DNA from: a virus
Strand: one strand, 5' to 3'
DNA: 64,000 bases
Virus record (IMG/VR): IMGVR_UViG_3300035696_000005
Location: 96,001-160,000 of that record
Shown: positions 52,101-62,252 of the stretch, piece by piece
Numbering within the stretch: position 1 is the first letter of the stretch
How the letters are laid out: every line of letters starts with the position of its first letter
Notes under the pieces: generated by a model
Told to the model about the DNA's origin: nothing
The model's input: only the letters and a program-made list of their open reading frames with translations
Database searches by the model: none
Translations under genes and position numbers: made by a program

Positions 52101-52581
52101 GAGTCGCAAAGAACCAATAAAGATGGTAGCCCTTCTTACTGGATCTTGCGATATAACTTGGCAACCCATACTTCATGCTCTCATCCCGAACTGCTTTGGC
52201 ATCTTCGAAGTGAGTTCCGTAATCAAAGTCGCAAGCGCCGAACTTGATTCCTTCTCTCTGGAGTAGGTGAAGGACCAGTTCTTTTTCTCCTGAGATGTGT
52301 TTCCAGATCCACTCGTCTGTGAGCGGCTGATACCGTTTGTGATCACATGTCGTGCATCCGCCTTTGTTTTGCGTGATTAGGCAAAGCTTCTGATTGCCAT
52401 AATTCATGCATTGCGGAGAGAAGGTCGAGACTTCTTCAACACGTGGATTCAGTTTTTCAATATCGTCTGGATCATAGACTGTCTTTTGAAATGTCTGGCG
52501 AACAGTGAAAACGTCTTCTCTGGAGCCGAATCTTTTTCGGAATAGATCAACTTTCTGCTTCCATACTTCTTGTTGAGTCAT
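49135..52581 (-). CDS. AEP primase-helicase fusion
   Basis: ACDFD, SSKKGYHLY (AEP motifs), Cys cluster (CPAL...WTC...GLC...HC), Walker A GGSFGNGKS, Walker B FVMDD. Confidence 0.88.
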   Translation of the reverse strand: MTQQEVWKQKVDLFRKRFGSREDVFTVRQTFQKTVYDPDDIEKLNPRVEEVSTFSPQCMNYGNQKLCLITQNKGGCTTCDHKRYQPLTDEWIWKHISGEKELVLHLLQREGIKFGACDFDYGTHFEDAKAVRDESMKYGLPSYIARSSKKGYHLYWFFATPVPAHLFTSLIHHIYEKVGFTARYQENIEMKIPETFPKQVNYDPAKPGNGIKIPMIEPKIKEGFNCWVDDDAKPIPTDEQWSYFTNCKEITLEQLEKVIAEQKIEVLNVPVSRSRRAAANAGTDKENREPIPPRGDFWKVVERCPALKQFWEKDEAGRYKIGPDAKGDHNHRTASIAFAAATENGLEIVRDRWKSISIEAEIDYALESTQHPWTCKAMQESGLCRIGTHPVKRDHCMKKIPPGEMRNNQYVVNPDNLPESEWKDPSPVRFASGYMTLDQLTKALDALFSFREKKEPEPEDLAVRVKEIYASAGKLDPEDGGAFHSYVAVKKYMPEKEAKQLRKIVAKEIKEEAVKIDKKTHPHFSFHGKDYMQKDGGYVQISRALDGSPSTLPITNFTIEIKEEITLIKPKDLDDPKEEQTIEHRWVKGIIHVGTKHYTFKTASDEWLRSSEAFFTFIMNRAGTEVQYETQDFNAIRNCIGTFSKDLKVIRKKVEDFGHYMIKGEHAYISPSVIITKDYIRPNDEFELEFSDDTCKSLDFKIIDESQFKDLSLHIITDYFECNSSIATMALFAHAMAASIMSHIPLTKSPVLWIGGSFGNGKSFIAEMAQCFYGNFSSLTGMKSTGLAKLQIAHKFRDAFFVMDDFKKSLNEHNTKQMMEFIQNAYDRSGRQALQRHGELRDKTTRVRSLVATTGEDCPLEEASVVSRMIMVDAGKNCMNVEKGNKVRDRRIDYCGFTPYFIQFVYNMTEEEVRRIYNEYLAYFEQRNKEAGVKENSYRISENLAFNMTGFRLIMDLLVDKGVIPDKRKDEFCARHLKNLEICRETIISNAGSQRAAALFLDSIKELLQDPARYHIINWGEHDPSEHKSSKALGFYREKTPDVVYIYPGTAHGEVETHLNKSKSWSQSKHHIGRQLLEDGHIPPGMHDPKSTSNTKYVTTPQGNRHYCWAIKLESLGFTPSKISPKELTTTSLEVVPQNIVAKIAVNE

Positions 52582-52661
52582 TTGTATCCCCGGATAGTGG
52601 TGTTAGAGTAAATGCTTCTCACTAGGACCCGGAGCATTTCCGGGTCCTATTCCTTATTCCA

Positions 52662-52922
52662 TTATCTGGAAGGATTGAGAGAAGGCTTCTCTCCATTCTC
52701 ACCAGCTGGAGTAACTTCGCAATGGAAAACTACTTTTTTGCCGTGTGTCGGCGTCCGACACAAGTACTTCGGAATTTCTTCGATCTCGTCTTGTTCTGCA
52801 GGCAAGGTCCATAGAATCACAAGCAATTCCGCAGGACCCTCCACCAAGGATCTCTTTAGATAAACGAGATCGCCCGATTCATATTCTTTTATATCTTGAC
52901 TAGTTGCTTTCCAATTATCCAT
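52662..52922 (-). CDS. Hypothetical protein
   Basis: Overlap tiling. Confidence 0.55.
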   Translation of the reverse strand: MDNWKATSQDIKEYESGDLVYLKRSLVEGPAELLVILWTLPAEQDEIEEIPKYLCRTPTHGKKVVFHCEVTPAGENGEKPSLNPSR

Positions 52923-54978
52923 TTCTGTTTCTCACTCGTTGGATTAGTTTTTTTGTTAGATGTTCCGCAATCTCTTCAACAGAGCTTTGGCTGGATGGAT
53001 TGAAAAGAGCGTTACGGTCACTGTTCTTTGTTACCATGACATCCATCAAGTCCCAGTCAATAGTTTCTGTTCCGTCTCTATACTTGGCCAGAATGTGACC
53101 TACGAAAATAGGCCACCTTTGCCCGAGCCTCTCGATTCGTTTGGCTGTTTGATAGTAATACTCGAAGTTGTAATCAAGCGACGCAAATACGAGATGATTC
53201 GCCGCTGTAAGCGTAATCCCGTGGGCAGCTGCTGCAGGCTGGAGAATAACAATTCGGCATGTGGGATTTTCTTGGAAGTCCCTGATGATTCGAGCTCTCT
53301 CCGGAACAGCAACGTCTCCGTTGATAGCTTTTGCGCCAATTCCTGAGTATCGTCGCACAAGGCAACTAATCTCTTCACGGAACTGGGCTGCGATGACAAT
53401 CTTTTTATCACCAAGCTCTTCAATGTAGTCATCTAGGTCCTCCCATTTTGGGTTAGATGTTAGGTGAGCGACTTCCCCGTCTTTACCGAGGAGAAAGCCA
53501 CTTGTGATTTGGCGAAGTTTCATGATCTTGGATAGGACATTGACGGCTTCCGCGCCGACACGTCTCCCGTCCTGACTCGTGAGTTCTGCGATGAGGTCAC
53601 GCTCCATTCGATCATAAGCCTCCTCCTGTTCAGCTGTCATATAAGCCACTCGCCTGGTATCGGTACGCGGCGGTAGATCAATACAGTCCCGTTGCTCAAA
53701 AAATGAACTTGCATTCCGCACTCTAGTGATAAGTGCTTCTTTTTCTTTTTCTCCCCTGATTTCGTATTTGATTGCTTCTTTATTTCCTCCCGGCGTTTTG
53801 ACGTACCCGACTCGAATTGGCTTGAAGTACTCATTTAAAAAATCCTTATACGATGGCTCTAAAGTAAGCCCACGATCCAAGAAATAGAACTGCTGGAAGA
53901 GATCTAAAAAACCGTTCGGATTAGGCGTCCCACTTAAAATAGATCTTCTTTTACATCTCCAGCTTATATTCACGTGTGCACGTGCAACTTTAGATCTGGG
54001 GCTTTTTATTTTGGTGCTCTCATCAATAATCAGCCAGTCAAGATCAAATTCTTTGAATATACCTTCGTAAATCCTTACGGAATCGTGGTTAGTAAGATAG
54101 ACGTCAACATCTGTACGGGCTAGCTCGGATCGGATGAAGGCTTCTCTGGTCTTTTCGGTGCTTGCAGTGCGTGCTCTAATTGGTCCGAAAGGAGTTTCGC
54201 ATCCTTCGAGATCGATGGCGACTTTATAATTGGCAAGATGCTTGACCCAGTCATTGCCGTCGAGTGACGTAGGTCTTTCAAGAACCCTTCCGCTACTTGT
54301 TTGAACGTAGCAGACACCTGTTTTTGTCTTTGTCGTGATCGTACCTTCTGGCTTTTCCCCGTAGTTGCCGATGATCTTTTTTTCTTCGCCGAGGATCGTT
54401 TTGTTCGAGAGCGGGGTCCAGAGGATACTGGCTTTAAGCGAAGTAAACTTACCAAGATCGTCGAACCAGGAAGTGTGCAAAATACTGAGAGGGGCAGATA
54501 CGAGTATACGCCCCTTTCGTACTTCACCATTCGCAAGACATAATTCGATTGCTCTTCCGTAGGAACCAGTTTTTCCCAAACCACAGTCAGCGAAGGTTGC
54601 TGTGTATGGGTTATTGAGGATAGCTCCGACAATTTTCGTCTGATGCGAGTACGGGATGAATTTGCCATTGGGCGGTACCGGATACCTTTCCTGTGAGGCG
54701 ATTTGTTGAGTTGTTTCTTTTGCAGCTTTATATCGGCTAAGTCTGTCTTTTAGACTATCTAAATACTGCTGACCTCCGGTTACAACCGGCTTCCTAGGTC
54801 CAGTAAGCCATTTAGCAATACGCTGCATATTCTGAGTCGACAATGCATATTCAAACACGCCGGGCGCTATGTCCTCCACCTTGCCGGTCAGCTTGCTAGC
54901 AAAAAGCCAGTCGGCTGGATCTGATAGTTTTAGAATGATCTTAGAGTACGTGAATTTAATTTCGTTACTCACATCCAC
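52915..54978 (-). CDS. SNF2-family (SF2) helicase
   Basis: DCGLGKT, IIDEST, SGTP, KLRQITSG, GITLT, QTAKRIER. Confidence 0.92.
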   Translation of the reverse strand: MDVSNEIKFTYSKIILKLSDPADWLFASKLTGKVEDIAPGVFEYALSTQNMQRIAKWLTGPRKPVVTGGQQYLDSLKDRLSRYKAAKETTQQIASQERYPVPPNGKFIPYSHQTKIVGAILNNPYTATFADCGLGKTGSYGRAIELCLANGEVRKGRILVSAPLSILHTSWFDDLGKFTSLKASILWTPLSNKTILGEEKKIIGNYGEKPEGTITTKTKTGVCYVQTSSGRVLERPTSLDGNDWVKHLANYKVAIDLEGCETPFGPIRARTASTEKTREAFIRSELARTDVDVYLTNHDSVRIYEGIFKEFDLDWLIIDESTKIKSPRSKVARAHVNISWRCKRRSILSGTPNPNGFLDLFQQFYFLDRGLTLEPSYKDFLNEYFKPIRVGYVKTPGGNKEAIKYEIRGEKEKEALITRVRNASSFFEQRDCIDLPPRTDTRRVAYMTAEQEEAYDRMERDLIAELTSQDGRRVGAEAVNVLSKIMKLRQITSGFLLGKDGEVAHLTSNPKWEDLDDYIEELGDKKIVIAAQFREEISCLVRRYSGIGAKAINGDVAVPERARIIRDFQENPTCRIVILQPAAAAHGITLTAANHLVFASLDYNFEYYYQTAKRIERLGQRWPIFVGHILAKYRDGTETIDWDLMDVMVTKNSDRNALFNPSSQSSVEEIAEHLTKKLIQRVRNRNG

Positions 54979-55444
54979 CTCTACGCAGGTATTTAATTGC
55001 CGCTTTCAGTAAAGAGATATCATCGCCGAACAGACCTAAGGCATTATTACATGATTTACACAGAAGACCCCTGACTTTGCCTGTTTTGTGGTCGTGATCT
55101 ATGTGCATGTGTTTAGTACGTACATCACCGCTAGTCCTTCTCATGCAGATAGCACACCGTCTATTTTGTTTTACAAAAAGATTTACATAATCTAGTTCTG
55201 TAAGTCCTCGCCTACTTAAAACCATCTGTCGATTATATTTTTTTCTCTTCTCTGGATTAGCTTTTCTGTATGCTGTAACTCTGGCATGAAATAGCTGTGG
55301 GTTAGCAAGATAACGTTTTCTTGCTCTTTTGCTGGAACATTTTTTACAGAGTCTGACAAACTTACCTTTTCCGTCAACGTAACTGTAATGTTTCCTACTA
55401 CCACATTTCCTACATCTATAAGCCTTCCTTGGCTTCTTTTTCAT
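54965..55444 (-). mobile_element. Endonuclease VII-family homing endonuclease
   Basis: CAIC...HIDHDHKTGKVRGLLCKSCNNALG. Confidence 0.9.
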
Positions 55445-55453
55445 AATCTCTCC

Positions 55454-56170
55454 TTAAAGACTGCTATACCTTTCTTTTGGATTCGTCGCTTGCTCTAACC
55501 TCGAAAGCGTCGGAGACACAAACGGATTAGGCGGACGAGTTGTCGTAGTGGACGTAAGACTCTTAGTCGGCTCATTAGGAACCTCCTTCGCTCTATGAAA
55601 CTCATTCCAATAAGCGCAAGTCTGAAGTTTGCAATCTTCGCAGGTCGCTCTCTTACTTGTATCCCTGATCTTGGGATCAGTGTTGTAGAGTCTGCAGCGG
55701 TTGCAATAAGTCCTCACATGCTCTTTACCGCCACTCCACTCTGTGACGTTAGCGCTGCAATAGCCCATAGGAACGAGTACACCACAGTCGTCACAAGCAG
55801 CGTGATTAGGACGATCCATGATTTCAATCATCCCGTGAGGTACGACATTCTTGTTGTCATAGAGCCACACTTGAAGAAGCTCAAGCTTCTTGTAATCAAG
55901 GTGACCTTCCTCCATACCGAAGTAGCCTTCTTTGTAATAGGTCTTGAGGTAACTCGCTGGCTCAGCCTTAAAGGTATCGCGGAGAAGCTTATATAAGATT
56001 CTATGCCCGTCTGACCGCTTAGAGAGATACCCAAAGACGATCTGAGTGATAAAGGTGATATCATCCACCGAAAGATTGATGCCGCACTGATGAAGAAGCT
56101 TACGAGCCTCCTCCACCATAGGTGGGTGGGACGGGGGGAGCGAACGCGACCACTGGATTCTGGGATTCAT
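55454..56170 (-). CDS. Cys-rich hypothetical protein
   Basis: CDDC, CNRC, CEDC...C. Confidence 0.6.
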   Translation of the reverse strand: MNPRIQWSRSLPPSHPPMVEEARKLLHQCGINLSVDDITFITQIVFGYLSKRSDGHRILYKLLRDTFKAEPASYLKTYYKEGYFGMEEGHLDYKKLELLQVWLYDNKNVVPHGMIEIMDRPNHAACDDCGVLVPMGYCSANVTEWSGGKEHVRTYCNRCRLYNTDPKIRDTSKRATCEDCKLQTCAYWNEFHRAKEVPNEPTKSLTSTTTTRPPNPFVSPTLSRLEQATNPKERYSSL

Positions 56171-56618
56171 GTTGAACCTCCTGCATAATGATAGGTTGTT
56201 GCTGCTGTTGTTTGGTTTGTTCTTCTGTTTTGATGAAATGCGTTGGGTGGTGTTTACCACCTGCTTCTAAAAACTGTTCGTATGCTTTAGCGATTTCTCC
56301 TATGCGAATTCCTAGCTTCACTAGTATTCTTATATCCTCTACGCGTGTTCTTTTGCCCGCCAAGTTCTCAAAAATAATGAGAGTATCGTTTGCGATGTTG
56401 TTGGCTTTATCAATCGGCATGACTGCCAGCACGTCGATCAGTTTTTCTGAGTTAATGTATTTGAGATGTTGTTCTGAGAGAGTATAGGGTAGCGTATAGG
56501 CTTCTAGTGCCTGCTTTCCCAGAGGTAGCCCGCAACTGGGGCAGCTCGTGGTTGTTTCGATTGAGCTGATGCCCTCTTCACAGCGTGGGCACAGGAAGAC
56601 TCTTTTGATAACGGCCAT
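56100..56618 (-). CDS. Zn-ribbon hypothetical protein
   Basis: CPRC...CPSC; SD AGG. Confidence 0.65.
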   Translation of the reverse strand: MAVIKRVFLCPRCEEGISSIETTTSCPSCGLPLGKQALEAYTLPYTLSEQHLKYINSEKLIDVLAVMPIDKANNIANDTLIIFENLAGKRTRVEDIRILVKLGIRIGEIAKAYEQFLEAGGKHHPTHFIKTEEQTKQQQQQPIIMQEVQHESQNPVVAFAPPVPPTYGGGGS

Positions 56619-56690
56619 TTTTTCCTACCTCTTGACTTTATCCTAACTGACCGGATACAGTATGAAAAGGTTCTTTAAGGAGATACCACG

Positions 56691-57386
56691 ATGGAAGGCA
56701 GCTTCAAGGCACAAGGTTCGTTCGGAATTCCGGAACACGTCAAAAGGGAAATGGAAGCAGTCCGAAAGAGAGTCCCCGCTGCCGAAGCAGAAGCAAAGGC
56801 GACGCAGCCCCATCATCCACGTGCCCCAGCACCTGAAAAAGTAAACGAGCCGGAACCCACCCCCACACAAGAACTCAGCAAAGAACTCGCTCCCGAAGAA
56901 GCTAAACAAAAGACTGCCGAAGAAACCGAATACGAAGAACTCGTTAAAAGGAAAAACTACTGGGAAAAGCAGCTTGAGATCGAGATTACTGGTGAAGATC
57001 TCCAAGACTACTTGTTCAAGGGGCGCATCATCAAAGATGGAATCTATCTGACCTCCTATAAAGTTAAAGGCGCTGAGAAAGATTTCAGGGTGAAGCTTCA
57101 ATCACTTAACCCGAATGACTCAACAGAGATTGACGAAAAGATGGCTGCATTCCGCGACAAGGGAAAGTACACAGCAGCGGGTATCGATAATGAGCAAGCT
57201 CTTGTGACGCTCTCTTATGGGTTGCTAGCAGCCGACGGAAGGCCGCTTGGAAAAACACCAGACGAGCGGTACAAGAATATCTGCCAATTCGGTGGACTCA
57301 CCGTCAACATGCTCGCTAGTGCATGGAAGGGCTTCAACTACCTCCTTGACTACGCCCTACAGGAAAAAAAACTCTTAAAAAAGTAG
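56691..57386 (+). CDS. Tail assembly chaperone (G-like)
   Basis: Upstream of tape measure; ends in slippery A AAA AAG TAG. Confidence 0.7.
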   Translation: MEGSFKAQGSFGIPEHVKREMEAVRKRVPAAEAEAKATQPHHPRAPAPEKVNEPEPTPTQELSKELAPEEAKQKTAEETEYEELVKRKNYWEKQLEIEITGEDLQDYLFKGRIIKDGIYLTSYKVKGAEKDFRVKLQSLNPNDSTEIDEKMAAFRDKGKYTAAGIDNEQALVTLSYGLLAADGRPLGKTPDERYKNICQFGGLTVNMLASAWKGFNYLLDYALQEKKLLKK

Positions 57387-57760
57387 TAAACTCCGCCGAA
57401 GTAAAAAGTCTGCTTGATTTGAGGCTTGCGGGCTTTAATTTCAGTGAGCTTAATCCCTTGGAACGAGATCTCTTGCTCAATCGTTTAGCCGAAGTGAAGC
57501 AAGTCACCTACTTTCAAATGATGACCATAGTTTATGCAATCATGGAAGGCGCTAAGATGGTTGCAAGCGGTGAAGGTAGCTTTAATAAAACCTCAGACAT
57601 GCTGAAGTACGTTCGAGATATTATGTTCCCTGAAGTGGCTGAACAGACTGAGAAAAAAGCAGAAAGAACCAAGGCCCTCATCGAGAAAGAAATGAGCCGT
57701 GGACCAATCAAATTTCAGACCCGCGACTACGGGAAACAAAAGAGGAAAAAGAAGCGTTAA
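57383..57760 (+). CDS. -1 frame extension of tail chaperone (GT-like)
   Basis: Open -1 frame from 57383 joins the 57419-57760 ORF. Confidence 0.7.
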   Translation, partial: VVNSAEVKSLLDLRLAGFNFSELNPLERDLLLNRLAEVKQVTYFQMMTIVYAIMEGAKMVASGEGSFNKTSDMLKYVRDIMFPEVAEQTEKKAERTKALIEKEMSRGPIKFQTRDYGKQKRKKKR

Positions 57761-57794
57761 GTACCTTTTGCCACTATGTTAAACTGAGTGGTGT

Positions 57795-60700
57795 ATGGCC
57801 TTTGACCAGAACATAACGTATCGCGTCAACGTAGACGATTCGAATTTCCAGGCCAAGCTCTCGCAGATGAGAGCAAGCATGGACATGACGATGGGGGGCA
57901 TGGGCGGCTTCGGCGGCATGATGCCCACGGGTGCTGCCTTCGGCGCGATGATGGCTCCTTTTGGTGGCGGCTATACGGGCGGCGTAATGAGCGGACTCGC
58001 CGACTTCGGTGCCCAAATTAGACCCGTCACTTACACCCCTCCCGCCATTGCGATGCAGCCTCATTTTGGAATGATTGCGCTCCAGCAAACAACCGGACAA
58101 GCCATGATGGGTGCAATGGGTCCTTTGGGTATCGGTCTTCAAGGTGCCGGGCACTTCTTAAGACACCCCTTCAGTGCTCAACCAGATGTCATTCCTCAAC
58201 AGATCTCGGCTGCTGAGTACATGACTCTTTCATCAAGAGCATTTGCCACACGTGCAGGAGATGCGGCAGCTACTGGCGCTTACGTGGCTTCTAGCGTTGC
58301 TGCAAGCCTCGTAGGTGGCACCATTGGTGGTATTGCAGGTACAGCTCTTGGCGGACCAGTTGGTGGCTTTATTGGAAGCGTGCTGGGTAGCCAAGCCACA
58401 GATATGGTGATGGGTCCTGTTGGCACAATGATGACCGCTAACAGAGCTGTTCAAACTCAGCTTGAGGCTGGATCATTTCGCTTTATCTCTGGTGGCCCTG
58501 ATGTCGATCCACTGACAGGTCGTGGCTTTGGTCGTAGAGCTCGTGCTGAGGTAGCGGATTTCATTCAATCTCAAGAACTCAGAGATCCCCGCTTTGGCAT
58601 GGGTGAGATGAGACAAGTTCTTGAGGGTGGCATGCAGATGGACCTCTTTTCAGGAACGAGAGATGTCCAGCAGTTCAAGGAAAGATTCTCAGGGCTTGTC
58701 AGCACTTTGAAAACCGTCACTGCAACACTTCACACAAGCCTTCAAGAAGGAATGGAAGTCGTTCGCGGGATGCGAGACATTGGCATTACCGATCCAGGTC
58801 AGGTAGTTGGAATGACCATGAAAGCCGAGACGATGGGACGCATGGCAGGCCGTACTGGTTCTGAGATGCTTGCTATCGGACAAGCAGGCGCTGAAATCTT
58901 TCGCGGTACTGGCATTCGAATGGGTCTTGGTTTTGAAGCTAATATGCAGAACGCTACGATGGTTCGCCAGATGCTTAACCAGGGCGTAATCACCCGGGAG
59001 AATATCGCACAAGCAGGCGGCGAAAACGCCATGGCTCAACAGATGACTGCAAGCGCCCTTGCTTCAACCCAAACAGCGATGGGTCGCGGCATCTTGATGG
59101 CAAATTTCAATCCAGCTACCGGTGCGCTTGATCCCAATATGGCTACCAACATGGCTAATCGTGGAGTATTTGGGCTATTAGGTCGTGCAGCTGCCATGTC
59201 CCCTCAAGCCATCATGAGTTTTCAGGCAAGGCAAGAAGACGTCATCAGTCAGATGAATCCGATGCAGCTTCAGCTCTTTGGAATCCAGTCCGATATGATG
59301 CAGGCTCGTATGGTGACTGATTCGATCTCAGGCACACGCCGTGGAACTCCTGAGTATCAACAAGCTCTGGAAGATAACTTCATCAATGCGGAAAAACGCC
59401 GTGGTGTCCCAATCGATATCATCAAAGCCAACATGGGCATGATGAAAGCCGATCCGGATAAACTCAAGCAGGACCAGGAAGCAGCGATGGCTACCATGGG
59501 TCAGCAGGCTGCTATGGAAGATATCAGGAATACCTATAGTTTAAAGCGTGTTACCAACGCTCTGAGCAGAACTTTTGTTCAGCCGCTTCAAAGAGAATTT
59601 ACAGCTATCAGTACTGCAGTTGGGCTTGGTGTCGAGAGAGCTACGATGAGCCTCATGGGTGGTACTACGGTTGACTCTCTTTTTCTCGGACCAAGAACAA
59701 TGTCTATGGCCCAAAACTTGGCTCAGCATCCTCTCGTTGCTGCTCCTACTGAAAAAGCAGGCGAAGTGCTGGACCTTCGTGGGAGCCTCTACCAAAGAGC
59801 GGTTGGTGGACAGACCTCTGGCGCTTTGGCTGCAGATATCTTTAAGTTCGGTACTCAGGGTGCTGCGGCAAACGAAGTCAACTTTATGGGCGGCACTGCC
59901 CTGAAGTTCAAATCCGAAGCAGACGTGAAGGCATATGCCGAAAGAGAGCACGTTGCTATGAGAATCCTTGGCGAGAAGAATGGGGAGATTCTCGCAGTTT
60001 CTTCTACGCAGGAAGAGAAGATGCTTAAAAGGAGAGATCAGCTTATTCCAACAGCCAAAGACAAAGAGGCTGCTGAGAAGTTCAAAACCTCATCTGAAAC
60101 AGACCAAGCGCTTCAAGATATGGCTATCCGAGAAGAACAGACGGGAGTTGCTACCGGAGTTAAAGACATCTCCGCTGTTCTCATGAAAGAGAAAGGCTTT
60201 CAAAAGCTCAGTGTTGCTGCTCAAGGCGAAGTTTTGGCTAGAGTCTCTAGGCAAGCAGGTTTCACTAAGGCGGGTGAGCAAATTGAGGCTGTTCGTGGCA
60301 AAGCTCTTGCTAACGCTGGCATGGCAACGACGGCTCAGGAAATCCAAGCTGGCGTGAAGGCTGGTAGGGCGGTTCAAGCACAGTTTTCGGATATCGCTGG
60401 CGGCGGAGCCCTTAAAGGTGCCTTGCTTGGGACGGCGGGCGTATTCGGAATCCACACCGCTGCTGATGATGCAAGCCGGGCCATTGGTAAGATGAACATG
60501 GATCAGTTCAATCAACTCGCCATTGTTGCGACTGACCCAACCTCCACAGAAGGCAAATCCGCTGCTGCAGCCCTGGAGGCTGAAGGTGTTTCTGCAAGCG
60601 TGATTAAAGTCGCCAGAGAAGACATCCATAAGAGGCTTATGGAGAAAGGTCAGATCTCTGATGTAAAAGCGCAGATCGCAGAATCCCAACGTGCTATTCG

Positions 60701-60875
60701 AGCAGGCGCTGCTACCGCAGAAGCAACTGGAGCGGCTGTTACTGGTGCTGGTGTTGGAGAAATATCAAAAGATACTTTGGCTTCAATGCGTACGATGTCT
60801 GATCAACTTGTTAAGAATATGGAGATGCTCATCGCCCTTCAGAAGCAATTTAATCAACTTCAAGGAAGCAGGTAA
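57795..60875 (+). CDS. Tape-measure-like protein
   Basis: 1026 aa, Ala/Gly/Met-rich helical; follows the frameshifted chaperone. Confidence 0.78.
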   Translation: MAFDQNITYRVNVDDSNFQAKLSQMRASMDMTMGGMGGFGGMMPTGAAFGAMMAPFGGGYTGGVMSGLADFGAQIRPVTYTPPAIAMQPHFGMIALQQTTGQAMMGAMGPLGIGLQGAGHFLRHPFSAQPDVIPQQISAAEYMTLSSRAFATRAGDAAATGAYVASSVAASLVGGTIGGIAGTALGGPVGGFIGSVLGSQATDMVMGPVGTMMTANRAVQTQLEAGSFRFISGGPDVDPLTGRGFGRRARAEVADFIQSQELRDPRFGMGEMRQVLEGGMQMDLFSGTRDVQQFKERFSGLVSTLKTVTATLHTSLQEGMEVVRGMRDIGITDPGQVVGMTMKAETMGRMAGRTGSEMLAIGQAGAEIFRGTGIRMGLGFEANMQNATMVRQMLNQGVITRENIAQAGGENAMAQQMTASALASTQTAMGRGILMANFNPATGALDPNMATNMANRGVFGLLGRAAAMSPQAIMSFQARQEDVISQMNPMQLQLFGIQSDMMQARMVTDSISGTRRGTPEYQQALEDNFINAEKRRGVPIDIIKANMGMMKADPDKLKQDQEAAMATMGQQAAMEDIRNTYSLKRVTNALSRTFVQPLQREFTAISTAVGLGVERATMSLMGGTTVDSLFLGPRTMSMAQNLAQHPLVAAPTEKAGEVLDLRGSLYQRAVGGQTSGALAADIFKFGTQGAAANEVNFMGGTALKFKSEADVKAYAEREHVAMRILGEKNGEILAVSSTQEEKMLKRRDQLIPTAKDKEAAEKFKTSSETDQALQDMAIREEQTGVATGVKDISAVLMKEKGFQKLSVAAQGEVLARVSRQAGFTKAGEQIEAVRGKALANAGMATTAQEIQAGVKAGRAVQAQFSDIAGGGALKGALLGTAGVFGIHTAADDASRAIGKMNMDQFNQLAIVATDPTSTEGKSAAAALEAEGVSASVIKVAREDIHKRLMEKGQISDVKAQIAESQRAIRAGAATAEATGAAVTGAGVGEISKDTLASMRTMSDQLVKNMEMLIALQKQFNQLQGSR

Positions 60876-60931
60876 GCCTGCTATAATGAGCCAAACCACA
60901 CCTCAGAAGATGAGCGTAGCTGGGAGGAACC

Positions 60932-61162
60932 ATGGGCCAGGTTGTTAGTAGTACAGTTGGTATCGCAGACACGGGAATTGGACCCGTCTCAGTCACGGTG
61001 TCAATCATGAACAACTTTGATATCGATGACTTCGTTCATTCAGTCGTTCGGGCTCAGTGTATCCAACTCCAGCTGATCAACGCTATTCAGACAGCGGACC
61101 CTAGCCTGGCAACGAATCGTCCCCCACTCAACATTAACGGCAATGTTATTGGTGGGTATTAA
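60932..61162 (+). CDS. Small virion-module protein
   Basis: SD GGAGG; TAATG overlap. Confidence 0.55.
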   Translation: MGQVVSSTVGIADTGIGPVSVTVSIMNNFDIDDFVHSVVRAQCIQLQLINAIQTADPSLATNRPPLNINGNVIGGY

Positions 61163-62241
61163 TGGCACAAAGTGTTCTTAGCTCTGGTCAGAGCCCCGCA
61201 AGCCTACTAAATACCAACTCCACGGGCACTGGAAACTATGCCCTTCTTACGGGGAAACTTACCGATTCCTCTGCGATTTCAGGAACGAATGTCGGACCCA
61301 TTGGATCATCGCTCGCAGTTCCGGCTGCTCCACAGACTATCCAGCAAATGCTAACCCCTGGTGGTGGGTCGGTAAATCAAACGGAAGTTTTGCAGATGCA
61401 GTCGCAGCCCGCAACAACGCCCGACTCTAATGCGACTTCAACGAGCATCAACTTCAGTAACGACGCTTATCGTAATACACCAGGACTCGGAATTACTTCC
61501 AGCGTAAGCGGAGACACGGTTACTACACCGCGAGAGCTTGGTGACTCGGCAGATAACGTTGCTTCAATCAGCCTTTCAAGCCAACTGATTGGGCCGAATT
61601 CGAACGCTACACCAACAAGCAACACAATCTTGAGTGCTTACTCGCGGTTCTTTTTGCAATCGATTAATGAATCTCAGGTTGAGAAGTACCAGGTGGTAGA
61701 AACATTCACAGCCTATTATACTTTCTTCTACGGAAAGAGACCCCCTGTCTACAATTTCCGTGGTGCTTTGCTTAACGACGAGAACCACAAGTGGACCAAC
61801 GATCTGATGTTCTTCTACGAGAACTTCTTAAGAGGCACACAAACTGTCAGCCTGGGTGCACAAGCTATCATCAGCTATGACGGTCGTTTGATCAGTGGCT
61901 TTCTCCTCAATCTGAATATCAATCAAACAGCCGACCTGAACAAGGGCGCTGCGTTCTCTTTCGATGTGCTTGTCACAGATCACGTGCAAACTTATTTCAG
62001 TGCGGATATCAGTAGCCTTATTTCTAACGCAAGAGCTCTGCTAGCAGCAAGGCAGCAACAGATTGAGCAGCAGATCAGCCAGATTACTTCTTCGGTCGCT
62101 CCTGGGAAAGCAGCACTGAATTCTCTTCTTGTTACCAATGGGCAGCAAAAGGCAAACTCTGTGTTAGCATCCGGTGTGACCCCCACCGTAACACCGGTAA
62201 GCGTTCAGGCGCCGACATTCGTTTCTACAGCGAACTTTTAA
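61162..62241 (+). CDS. Putative baseplate/tail-tube initiator protein
   Basis: EKYQVVETF...FFYGKRP.VY.F.G.L...LRGT; position after TMP. Confidence 0.5.
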   Translation: MAQSVLSSGQSPASLLNTNSTGTGNYALLTGKLTDSSAISGTNVGPIGSSLAVPAAPQTIQQMLTPGGGSVNQTEVLQMQSQPATTPDSNATSTSINFSNDAYRNTPGLGITSSVSGDTVTTPRELGDSADNVASISLSSQLIGPNSNATPTSNTILSAYSRFFLQSINESQVEKYQVVETFTAYYTFFYGKRPPVYNFRGALLNDENHKWTNDLMFFYENFLRGTQTVSLGAQAIISYDGRLISGFLLNLNINQTADLNKGAAFSFDVLVTDHVQTYFSADISSLISNARALLAARQQQIEQQISQITSSVAPGKAALNSLLVTNGQQKANSVLASGVTPTVTPVSVQAPTFVSTANF

Positions 62242-62252
62242 GGATAATCACG

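Noticed and set aside
52915-54978. Intein in the SNF2 helicase or primase
   Set aside because: No N-terminal C/S block or HN-C/S/T junction flanks the insertion.
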